Shown piece after piece: positions 1 to 7,288 of a stretch of 12,021 bases of DNA; within the stretch, counting starts at the first letter, position 1; every line of letters starts with the position of its first letter. Source of the DNA: Verrucomicrobiota bacterium (GTDB lineage: Bacteria > Verrucomicrobiota > Verrucomicrobiia > Verrucomicrobiales > DEV007); NCBI GenBank assembly GCA_045046875.1, contig JASFYY010000102.1, forward strand, positions 1 to 12,021, given 5' to 3'. The notes beneath the pieces are model-generated. The model searched no databases and had not been told where the DNA came from. It worked only from the letters and a program-made list of their open reading frames with translations. The position numbers and the translations under genes were made by a program.

Positions 1-20
1 AAATGATAAATGATAAATGA
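1..20. repeat. Short tandem heptamer repeat (AAATGAT x ~2.9), possibly truncated by the window edge
   Basis: Sequence reads AAATGAT-AAATGAT-AAATGA just downstream of the aminopeptidase stop codon. Confidence 0.7.
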
Positions 21-28
21 AGAGGGGG

Positions 29-2737
29 CTATTTTTTGTCGGGATGCAGCAGGGGTCTGACGGATTTTAATAACAGCAGGGAGCGATTTTTTTCGGTTTC
101 GAATTGTTTTTCCAGGTCTTTCATTTCCTTTTGCATTTCGAGTAGTTCTTTGCGCAGATCGCTGACTTCGGTGGCTTGTTTTTTTTCTACTTGCAGTTTT
201 TTGATGGCAGATTCGGCTGCTTTGTATTCTTTGGATTCACTGTTGCCGCTATCGATGAAAGTCTGCAAGGCTCCCAGGGAGCGACGATCCTTGAGGCTGG
301 ACAACGCGCGCATCGCCGAGGTGCGCAGCGAGAGTTTGGGGGAGGAGAGGTAGCCGGTGACATAGGTTCTGACTTCTTCGTGAATGGCGCTGTCGGTTTT
401 TTCATCACGCACCAGAATAGCGAGGCTGTTGAGGGCGCTGCCAAAGCTGTAAGTGGTAAAGTTCTGCTCCTGCCCTTTTAATACGTCCATGATCAGCTTG
501 GCATCACTGGCGGCGCCCAGATCTCTCAGGGCGTGGATGGCGGCACTGGCCAGAGTATTGCGGAAGGAAGGTTTTTTCAGAACTTCAGCAAGTAAGGGGC
601 GCACTTCGCCAGCGGGGAATTTGCCCAAGGCGTCAATGGCGGAGGCGGCGACTTCAGGGTTGTTTTCTTTTTCCGCGACCTGCTTGAGGCTGGTCAGCGC
701 GGTTTCGCTGTAGAATTTCGCCAAAGACTTGACAGCTTCCCGGCGGACCCGCGCGTTCTCTTGTTGCAGGGATTGGGTCAGAGCGATCAGCGCCTCGGGG
801 CTGTGCGTTTTGACCAGGGCCTTGGCCGCTTCGATGCGTACTCCGTAAAAGGAGTCGTGGTTGAGACTGTTTTTGAGTTTGGCGATGCTCTTGCTGTCTT
901 TTTTGCCAGCTAAAAGTTTCACTGCCAGCAGTCGACCCATCATGTCCTTTTCGTTTTTCAGCTGGGCACTGCGGGTGGAGGTGGGGGGATGGAAATCGAT
1001 GTCGGTTAACAGAGTGTATTCAGGGTCGATACGGATGATGTCGGGTTTTTTGGCGAGATCAAAATAGAAGTCCTCGGAGGCCTGGGTGAGATTGATCGTG
1101 AAGTCGTGGGCCTTGCCATCGACGATCAGGCGCACGGGCATTGGAATGACAAATAACATTACCTGGTCGCTGACTTTTTGTGTCTGGGAAATACTGAGCT
1201 TGGCCTGGCTGCGTTTTTCATCCCAGTGGTAAGAAACTTTGAGCTTGGGGGTGCCGCCGTGGTGAACCCATTGATCAAAAAAGCGGTCCCAGGAGCGGCC
1301 GGAGAATTCTTCTATCACTTTTCTGAGGTCGGCGGTTTCAACGGTCTGACCGCGATTGCGTTCGACATAACTCTGAATGCATTTTTGATAGAGTTCGGAT
1401 CCCAGTTGGGACCTTAACATGTGCAGCACCCAGCCGCCTTTGGGGTAAACGCGGTAGTCGAATTGTTGCCAGGGGTCGGTGTAACCGCGCCAGGTGATGG
1501 GTTTGTTATCTTTGCTTTTGATGATGCGCTGGGCGTCCAGATACAACTGATAGCGCATGGCGTCGTCGCCGTTTTTGGATTGTTCGTAGAGATTGGTGTA
1601 GAAGGTGGCAAAACCTTCGTTCAGCCAGAGCTGGCTCCAGTCTTTTGCGGTGACCAGATCGCCGAACCATTGGTGCGCCATTTCGTGAGCATCGAGCGGG
1701 TAGCTGCGGCGGATATTTTCCGAGCTTTTGGAAAACAGGGTATTAGTGGTGAGGGTGGTGAGGCTGGTATTTTCCATGCCGCCGGCGACAAAGTCATGCA
1801 CACAGACGCTGTAGTATTTGTCCCAGGGATAGTCCACGCCGATTTCTTTTTCGAAGAAGGCCATGATTTTTTTGGTATCGCTGAAGGAATTTGCGGCGAC
1901 TTTGAATTCCGAGGGAGGGGTGTAAAAAGCGAGCGGGATTTTTTGGTATTGATCCTCTAGTTTTTTGAAATATCCGGCCACCACCGAGATCAGGTAGTTG
2001 GCGTGCGGCTGTTGCTGGGACCAATGGAAGGTGGTGAAACCGTCCACACTTTTTTCACTCAGCAGTTTGCCGTTGGAAAGCACGATCATGCCCTGGGGTA
2101 CCTTGCAGATCACTTCTGAGGTGAAACGTTCGTTGGGGTAGTCGTAACCGGGGAACCAGTAGCGGTGTTTTTCCGGCTCACCCTGGGTCCAGAGCTGGTC
2201 GTCGCCTTTTTTGTAACCCATGACCGCGGTGCGGAAATAAAGACCGTGCTCGGGTTTTTCAACGGTGTAGGTGATCTTCACCCAGTTTTCCTGTGTGGCG
2301 GGGATGGCTTGTTTGAAGGTCAGGGTGAGTTTTTTGTCGTCGTTCTGCCAGTCTTGCAATGGTGCGGAGGACTCGATTTTTTCGATCGACAGGTCGACGG
2401 CATCCAACTGCAATTGTTCGAGATCTTTGGCGATGGGAGAAAAGGTCAGGGTGGCGACGCCGGTCATGCCCTGTTTGGCAAAGTCGGGTTCGAGCTCGAG
2501 TTTGAGGTGTTTCACATCAACGCGACGGTCACGCTCGTAGTGGCGTCCTCCGATACCCGGTTTGGATTCGTAGAGCGTGTTCAGGTGCTGGCCCTTGGCG
2601 GCACAGTTCTGCCAGGCGTGCTCCGCGGCGTTGACCAGAGGCGATGGGGGAAACAGTAGGGCCAACAGCATTAAAAGTGCCGTGAGCAAGAGCGGGGGGT
2701 GGAGTCGGGCTGCGGATTGAGCGTGCAGATTTTTCAT
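29..2737 (-). CDS. pepN: M1 family (aminopeptidase N-like) zinc metallopeptidase with N-terminal signal peptide, C-terminal HEAT/PBS-lyase-like repeats and coiled-coil tail
   Basis: 902-aa ORF with GGMEN (GAMEN-type exopeptidase motif), HEMAHQWFGD (HExxH) and the third ligand in WLNEGFA. It also has VYPKGGWVLHMLR, HEAT-like units (VRIEAAKAL, VRREAVKSLAKF), a hydrophobic leader (LLLTALLMLLALLF) and a heptad tail (VSDLRKELLEMQKEMKDLEKQF). Confidence 0.92.
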   Translation of the reverse strand: MKNLHAQSAARLHPPLLLTALLMLLALLFPPSPLVNAAEHAWQNCAAKGQHLNTLYESKPGIGGRHYERDRRVDVKHLKLELEPDFAKQGMTGVATLTFSPIAKDLEQLQLDAVDLSIEKIESSAPLQDWQNDDKKLTLTFKQAIPATQENWVKITYTVEKPEHGLYFRTAVMGYKKGDDQLWTQGEPEKHRYWFPGYDYPNERFTSEVICKVPQGMIVLSNGKLLSEKSVDGFTTFHWSQQQPHANYLISVVAGYFKKLEDQYQKIPLAFYTPPSEFKVAANSFSDTKKIMAFFEKEIGVDYPWDKYYSVCVHDFVAGGMENTSLTTLTTNTLFSKSSENIRRSYPLDAHEMAHQWFGDLVTAKDWSQLWLNEGFATFYTNLYEQSKNGDDAMRYQLYLDAQRIIKSKDNKPITWRGYTDPWQQFDYRVYPKGGWVLHMLRSQLGSELYQKCIQSYVERNRGQTVETADLRKVIEEFSGRSWDRFFDQWVHHGGTPKLKVSYHWDEKRSQAKLSISQTQKVSDQVMLFVIPMPVRLIVDGKAHDFTINLTQASEDFYFDLAKKPDIIRIDPEYTLLTDIDFHPPTSTRSAQLKNEKDMMGRLLAVKLLAGKKDSKSIAKLKNSLNHDSFYGVRIEAAKALVKTHSPEALIALTQSLQQENARVRREAVKSLAKFYSETALTSLKQVAEKENNPEVAASAIDALGKFPAGEVRPLLAEVLKKPSFRNTLASAAIHALRDLGAASDAKLIMDVLKGQEQNFTTYSFGSALNSLAILVRDEKTDSAIHEEVRTYVTGYLSSPKLSLRTSAMRALSSLKDRRSLGALQTFIDSGNSESKEYKAAESAIKKLQVEKKQATEVSDLRKELLEMQKEMKDLEKQFETEKNRSLLLLKSVRPLLHPDKK

Positions 2738-2790
2738 AGATCTTTGAAATAATACAAATCATCGTTATTGTCTCTCTTAATCTTGAATTT
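2738..2790. promoter_or_regulatory. Compact AT-rich divergent promoter region; candidate sigma70-like TTGAAA-N16-TATTGT on + strand
   Basis: 53-bp gap between divergent ATGs. TTGAAA lies at 2744-2749 and TATTGT at 2766-2771. The exact promoter elements are inferred. Confidence 0.4.
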
Positions 2791-5745
2791 ATGAATTCCC
2801 GTTATCTATCCATTCACGCTGTTTTTGCTCTATTGGCATGTTCATTGAGCGCAGCCGACACCTATCAACCCCGTAATACCCAGAAGCCTGGAGAAGAACC
2901 TGTCACGCCCCAGCAGGCAGTGAAGGCGATCACCTTGCCGCCGGGATTCGCTGCGAGTTTATACGCTGGCGAGCCGGATGTGCGTCAACCGATCGCCATG
3001 GTGCTTGATGACCGTGGACGGATTTGGGTGGCTGAGTCCTATTCCTACCATGAGTGGGAGAAAAAGGGCGAGGACCGCATTGTGGTGTTCGAGGATACGG
3101 ACAATGACGGCAAGCACGACAAGCGCACGATTTTCTGGACAGGTGGCAATCATGTGTCGGCGATGACGGTGGGATGGGGTGGTGTCTGGGTGGGCGATGC
3201 ACCGAATTTGCTTTTTATTCCCGACCGCAATCGTGATGATGTGCCGGACGGCGAGCCCGAGGTGGTATTGGATGGGTGGAGCACCAAAGCCAAGCATAAT
3301 TTTTTCAGTGGTCTGACTTGGGGCATTGATGGCTGGATGTATGGACGGCATGGCATCACCGCACCGTCTTTGGTGGGGGTGCCGGGCACGCCGGAGGAGA
3401 AGCGGGTCAAACTCGACTGCTCGATCTGGCGTTTTCATCCGGTGAGTAAGAAGTTTGAAGTGGTGGTTCATGGTACGACCAATCCCTGGGGTCTGGATTG
3501 GAATGATATGGGGGAGTTGTTTTTCTCTAATAACGTCAATGGTCATCTGTGGCACGCCATTCCCGGCGCCTATTTTCCCCGGATGAACAATCATGGTGAG
3601 GGTCTGGGAAAAAATGTTTATGAGCGGATTCAGATGTGTACCGATCATTTGCATCATGCGGGCAGCACCGATGACTGGACCAAAACGCGTGACGGCAAGG
3701 GGGTGCATGGCAAGTTGGGAGGAGGGCATACTCACTGCGGGGCGATGATTTATCTGGGAGGCAAATGGCCCGCAAAATATAAAAACTCGATTTTCATGTC
3801 CAATACCCACGGGCGTCGTTTGAACAATGACCGGCTTGAGAGGCGTGGCTCAGGTTATGTGGGCAAACACGGAGAGGACTTTATGTTTGCCAATAATCCC
3901 TGGTATCGTGGAGTCACCCAGCTCTACGGGCCGGACGGTGATGTGTATGTATCCGACTGGTGCGATGACGGGGAGTGTCATGATCATGATGGTGTGCACC
4001 GTACTTCGGGGCGTATTTATAAAATCACCTACGGGGAAAAGGGCAAAGCCGGGGCACTCGATTTGTGGAAGGCTTCGGACAAACGCCTGGTGGCGTATCA
4101 GTTGGATCGGAATGAATGGTTCGCACGCAAAGCCCGCAGTATTTTGCAACAGCGCATGGTGGATGGGAGCTTGGATGTCAAAGTTGTCGCAGCGGCGCTT
4201 AAGGATGTTTTTTCAGGGGATTCATCGACGGCGCAACGGATTCGGGCCTTCCTGACCTTGAAGGTCACGGCTTTGTTGGATGATGAGCTGATCAAATCCG
4301 CGTTGGATGATGACAATGAACATCTCCGGGTTTGGGGGGTAAGAGAGGCCGCTGAACTTGGGGGTGAGCTGTGGGCAAAACGCTTGTTAGAAATGGCAAA
4401 GTCGGATCCGTCGGCTTTGGTGCGGGTGTATATCGCAGCGTCGATGGCTCAGTTGCCCGCTGAGCAGCGCTGGCCGGTGGCCCGGGCTTTGGCGCAGCAT
4501 GTCGAGGATAAGGATGATCATAATATCCCCTTGATGCTGTGGTATGGAATCAAAGATATCAGCGCGGAGAATCCTGCTGAGGCGATTGCGCTGTTGAGAC
4601 AAGCGAAGTTTCCGGTGATCTCTCGTTCGATCGCTCACGCCTTGTCGGCGGCGGGGGATTTGCAACCCTTGCTGAAAGCTTTTGGTGAAGTTTCATCCGA
4701 TGAGATCCGGCAAGAAGTGCTTGCCGGAATGGTGGAGGGTTTGAAGGGGCGTCGGGAGATTAAAGCTCCGGCTGCCTGGAAGGCGGTGATGCAAACAAGT
4801 CGTTCATCGTCTGAACTGTATCCCCTGGCGCTGCGCTTGAATTTTATATTTGATGAAGCGGCAACGCTGGCTGAATTGGAACGCACCCTGGCGGATAACA
4901 AAGCGGAGGTTGCGGCCAAGCAACTTGCGCTGGATTTGATCCGTGAGTCGGGCAATAAAAAATCGGTGGCGGCTATTTTGACTTTGCTCGACAATGCCGA
5001 GCTTCGTCTGAGCGCGATCGAAGCTCTGGCGGCTTTTGACCAGGCCGAGATCGCTGCGACTTTGATCAAACAATATCCGGATTTCAAATCACCCGATCAG
5101 CTGGCCACGGTGAATACCCTGACGGCGAACCCTAAATTTGCGCGGCTCTTGTTAGATGCGATTGCTGCTAAAACCGTGCCGAGCCAGGCGGTGACCGCTT
5201 ATCATGCCCGCCAGATCATGACCTTCAAGAATAAAGAGCTCAATAAACATTTGAGAAAAGTGTGGGGCAAGCTCGGTAGTTCTTCGGTGGAGAAAAAGGC
5301 TTTGATCAAAAAGTGGCAGGATCAGTTAACTCCTGATGTGTTGGCCAAGGCGGACGTCAAAAACGGGCATGTAAAATTTCAACAGCTGTGCATGGCTTGT
5401 CATAGTCTAAAAGGTGAGGGCGGCAATATCGGCCCTGATCTGACCGGGGCGAACCGGGGGGATATTGCTTATATGTTGGAGAACATCATCGATCCGTCGG
5501 CGACCTTGCCACAGGATTTCAAACTGACAATTATCACCAAGAAAGACGGGACGGTAGCCAGTGGCAATGTGTCCTCCGAGAATGAATATACCATCACCCT
5601 GCGAACACCGGCGGGTGAGGTGTCGGTGGCGACCAAGGATGTGGCCAAACGCGAAGTGCTGGATCAGTCAATCATGCCGGAAGGTTTGCTGGGTGTGTTG
5701 AAAGCTGATGAGGTTCGGGATTTGCTGGGGTTTTTGGGGAGATGA
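2791..5745 (+). CDS. PVC-type heme-binding CxxCH protein (putative membrane-bound dehydrogenase-like beta-propeller + HEAT repeats + C-terminal c-type cytochrome domain)
   Basis: 984-aa ORF with a signal peptide. Propeller motifs typical of this family: LPPGFAASLYAGEPDVRQPIAM..DDRGRIWVAE, EDTDNDGKHD, GTTNPWGLDW, GPDGDVYVSDW. The middle is helical HEAT-like. CMACH is at 5389-5403, followed by GGNIGPDLTG and the distal Met in SIMPEGLL. Confidence 0.9.
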   Translation: MNSRYLSIHAVFALLACSLSAADTYQPRNTQKPGEEPVTPQQAVKAITLPPGFAASLYAGEPDVRQPIAMVLDDRGRIWVAESYSYHEWEKKGEDRIVVFEDTDNDGKHDKRTIFWTGGNHVSAMTVGWGGVWVGDAPNLLFIPDRNRDDVPDGEPEVVLDGWSTKAKHNFFSGLTWGIDGWMYGRHGITAPSLVGVPGTPEEKRVKLDCSIWRFHPVSKKFEVVVHGTTNPWGLDWNDMGELFFSNNVNGHLWHAIPGAYFPRMNNHGEGLGKNVYERIQMCTDHLHHAGSTDDWTKTRDGKGVHGKLGGGHTHCGAMIYLGGKWPAKYKNSIFMSNTHGRRLNNDRLERRGSGYVGKHGEDFMFANNPWYRGVTQLYGPDGDVYVSDWCDDGECHDHDGVHRTSGRIYKITYGEKGKAGALDLWKASDKRLVAYQLDRNEWFARKARSILQQRMVDGSLDVKVVAAALKDVFSGDSSTAQRIRAFLTLKVTALLDDELIKSALDDDNEHLRVWGVREAAELGGELWAKRLLEMAKSDPSALVRVYIAASMAQLPAEQRWPVARALAQHVEDKDDHNIPLMLWYGIKDISAENPAEAIALLRQAKFPVISRSIAHALSAAGDLQPLLKAFGEVSSDEIRQEVLAGMVEGLKGRREIKAPAAWKAVMQTSRSSSELYPLALRLNFIFDEAATLAELERTLADNKAEVAAKQLALDLIRESGNKKSVAAILTLLDNAELRLSAIEALAAFDQAEIAATLIKQYPDFKSPDQLATVNTLTANPKFARLLLDAIAAKTVPSQAVTAYHARQIMTFKNKELNKHLRKVWGKLGSSSVEKKALIKKWQDQLTPDVLAKADVKNGHVKFQQLCMACHSLKGEGGNIGPDLTGANRGDIAYMLENIIDPSATLPQDFKLTIITKKDGTVASGNVSSENEYTITLRTPAGEVSVATKDVAKREVLDQSIMPEGLLGVLKADEVRDLLGFLGR

Positions 5746-5749
5746 AGTA

Positions 5750-5777
5750 TGGTTGTTCCTTGGTTGTTCCTTGGTTG
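5750..5777. repeat. 11-bp tandem repeat TGGTTGTTCCT x ~2.5
   Basis: TGGTTGTTCCT at 5750-5760 and 5761-5771, then TGGTTG at 5772-5777. Confidence 0.8.
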
Positions 5778-5799
5778 AGCGGTTAGTGGGTATAGGATT

Positions 5800-6012
5800 T
5801 TTTAACCACTGATTCACACTGATGAACACTGATTTTTTTAGGGAGGGTATTTTGTGTGAGGTGTGAGTATTTGGGGGATTTTTATGTTGTTAGGACTGGC
5901 GTGGACAGATTTAAAAATCTATCCTACGGGGGGATGGGTGGTAAGAATAGGTTGTTGGTTCAGTGCTCTTTATTTTTAGATTTTCTTCATCAGTGACTAT
6001 CAGTGGTTAAAA
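5800..6012. repeat. Inverted-repeat-bounded element (MITE-like) with CACTGAT decamer arrays at both ends
   Basis: 5800-5826 (TTTTAACCACTGATTCACACTGATGAA) matches the reverse complement of 5986-6012 (TTTTAACCACTGATAGTCACTGATGAA) at 24/27. CACTGAT recurs with 10-bp period at 5807, 5817 and 5827. Confidence 0.75.
5903..5927 (-). repeat. GTAG-type REP-like palindrome
   Basis: Minus strand reads GTAGGATAGATTTTTAAATCTGTCC: a GTAG tetranucleotide leading into a 10-bp imperfect (9/10) stem. Confidence 0.6.
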
Positions 6013-6025
6013 TGTAGATTTTGGA

Positions 6026-6049
6026 TTTAACCACTGGAGAGCACTGATT
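6026..6049. repeat. Additional copy of the AACCACTG/CACTGAT end motif
   Basis: TTTAACCACTG (6026-6036) is the perfect reverse complement of 6001-6011. AGAGCACTGA (6038-6047) is the perfect reverse complement of 5960-5969. Confidence 0.65.
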
Positions 6050-6076
6050 TTTTTTGAGGAAGTATTCTGTTTTACA

Positions 6077-6153
6077 GGAGCGCGGACTTTTTAGTCCGCC
6101 GCAAAGTTGCCTGTTATGGAGGATGAATCGTGCGGGTAGGAAAACCCGCGCCC
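6077..6153. repeat. Inverted REP-like doublet (REPIN-like), GGAG-type
   Basis: Left unit GGAGC-GCGGACT-TTTT-AGTCCGC (6077-6099). Right unit GCGGGT-AGGAAA-ACCCGC-GCCC (6132-6153), whose reverse complement begins GGGCGCGGG. Two hairpins face each other 32 bp apart. Confidence 0.6.
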
Positions 6154-6216
6154 GGGTGCAGGACAAAAAAGTTAGCCATTGCTTATTGAAAGCTCCCTTA
6201 TCACCCATCAACCTCA

Positions 6217-6476
6217 TTTCGCCCTTTTAGGGCTGACAATAAAACCGATTTAACCCCAGCGCTTCGCACTGGGCTATCACATTTTGTCCTTACAGGACAG
6301 TTTGCTTTCATCTCTTTTCACCAACTGTGCTCAATGAGGCAGCCCCGCGCTTGCCACCGGGCTATCACATAGGACGGTTTGCTTTCATCTTTTTTGCACC
6401 AACGGTGCTCAATGAGATAGCCCAGTGCGAAGCGCTGGGTAAAGATTCCAATCCTTCCAGCCCTGCAAGGGCGAAA
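6217..6476. repeat. Composite palindromic element: nested long inverted repeats enclosing a degenerate direct duplication
   Basis: Outer IR 6217-6235 vs 6458-6476 matches at 17/19 (TTTCGCCCTTnnAGGGCTG). Inner IR 6255-6278 vs 6416-6439 matches at 24/24 (CCCAGCGCTTCGCACTGGGCTATC). Direct repeats lie at 6271-6345 and 6359-6423. Confidence 0.85.
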
Positions 6477-6580
6477 CGCATAGAAGTTAGCATCCTAATT
6501 GTTTTGTTTTACACCCCCCGCACCCCTTCGGTTAAGTTGGCTGTTGTTGGAAGGTTTTTTGCCGTGTACGGTGACAGGGT

Positions 6581-7138
6581 ATGAGAATTGATAATTATTT
6601 GAAAAATAATCAAGTGCTGACTATTTTCATAGTTATGCTTTTGTTTGCGTGTTTATTTGGACGTGGCTGGGTCAACGCCGCTCCGGGGGAAGAGCCGGAT
6701 CCGGAAACGATCGCTGCGGTGGAGAAGTTTATGCGGGTCATGAAGGTGAAAGAGGGGCTGGATCCTACAATTAAGAGTATGGAGAAAATGAGGGATTCAC
6801 TGATTGATCAGGAGGAGATCAGTGATGAAGAGAAGCGTGAGGCAAAAAGGGAAGCTGAAAAATTATCGGGAGATATCGTCAAAATGATGACCTGGGATCA
6901 TATCGGGCCTTCGTTGGTGCGTGTTTATGCTAAAGTGTTCACAACCCAAGAGGTAAACGGTTTGATTGAACTGTTCGAATCACCAGCGGGGCAAGTGTAT
7001 GTGGAAAAGCAGGAAGAGCTCAGATGGGCGACGATGGAGGAGATGCAAAAAGTTGTGTTGGAGCTGATGCCAAAACTCAAGAAGAAGGTCAAAGAGGCAG
7101 TGGGAAAGGTTGAAAAAGAGTCGGCTGAAAAGAAGTGA
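6581..7138 (+). CDS. DUF2059 domain-containing exported protein
   Basis: 185-aa ORF with a hydrophobic leader ending VNA-A. The segment VYAKVFTTQEVNGLIELFESPAGQVYVEKQ fits the DUF2059 pattern Y...FT..E...L..F..SP.G. Confidence 0.8.
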   Translation: MRIDNYLKNNQVLTIFIVMLLFACLFGRGWVNAAPGEEPDPETIAAVEKFMRVMKVKEGLDPTIKSMEKMRDSLIDQEEISDEEKREAKREAEKLSGDIVKMMTWDHIGPSLVRVYAKVFTTQEVNGLIELFESPAGQVYVEKQEELRWATMEEMQKVVLELMPKLKKKVKEAVGKVEKESAEKK

Positions 7139-7147
7139 TTTGGATGC

Positions 7148-7190
7148 CATCCTTGTATTTCCGGTTGTCGTCACCGAGAATACAAGAATG
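7148..7190. terminator. Stem-loop between convergent genes, possible terminator or 3' stabiliser
   Basis: CTTGTATT (7152-7159) pairs with AATACAAG (7179-7186), with inner CGGT/ACCG and outer CAT/ATG pairs. There is no clear U-tract. A second near-palindrome lies at 7260-7279. Confidence 0.35.
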
Positions 7191-7288
7191 AATGAAGGCG
7201 TTGATTGGAGGAGAAAGCTATCCTGTCGGAGAGCAGATCACGGTGCAATCGATTCTCGGCCTTGAAGATATTTTCAGGGGAGGCGAGA

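Noticed and set aside
2791..2850. Lipoprotein lipobox LLAC in the cytochrome protein
   Set aside because: The lipobox match is poor (Leu at -2). SPase I cleavage near SLSA-AD is at least as plausible.
5884..5979. 31-aa small ORF MLLGLAWTDLKIYPTGGWVVRIGCWFSALYF with upstream GGGGGA
   Set aside because: It runs through a REP-like palindrome and has no recognisable motif. It cannot be supported without conservation or Ribo-seq data.
5990..6217. 75-aa minus-strand ORF
   Set aside because: It is made largely of repeat and palindrome sequence with no recognisable domain, so it is probably spurious.
5798..6480. CRISPR array
   Set aside because: The repeats are inverted or duplicated with their cores. 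There is no series of identical direct repeats with unique regular spacers, and no cas genes are present.
5746..6580. Autonomous IS element or known riboswitch/ncRNA
   Set aside because: There is no transposase ORF, no clear target-site duplication and no recognisable Rfam-like motif by eye. An Infernal scan would settle the ncRNA question.
6327..6584. 85-aa plus-strand ORF
   Set aside because: It has a GTG start within the palindromic element and translates repeat DNA. There is no coding evidence.
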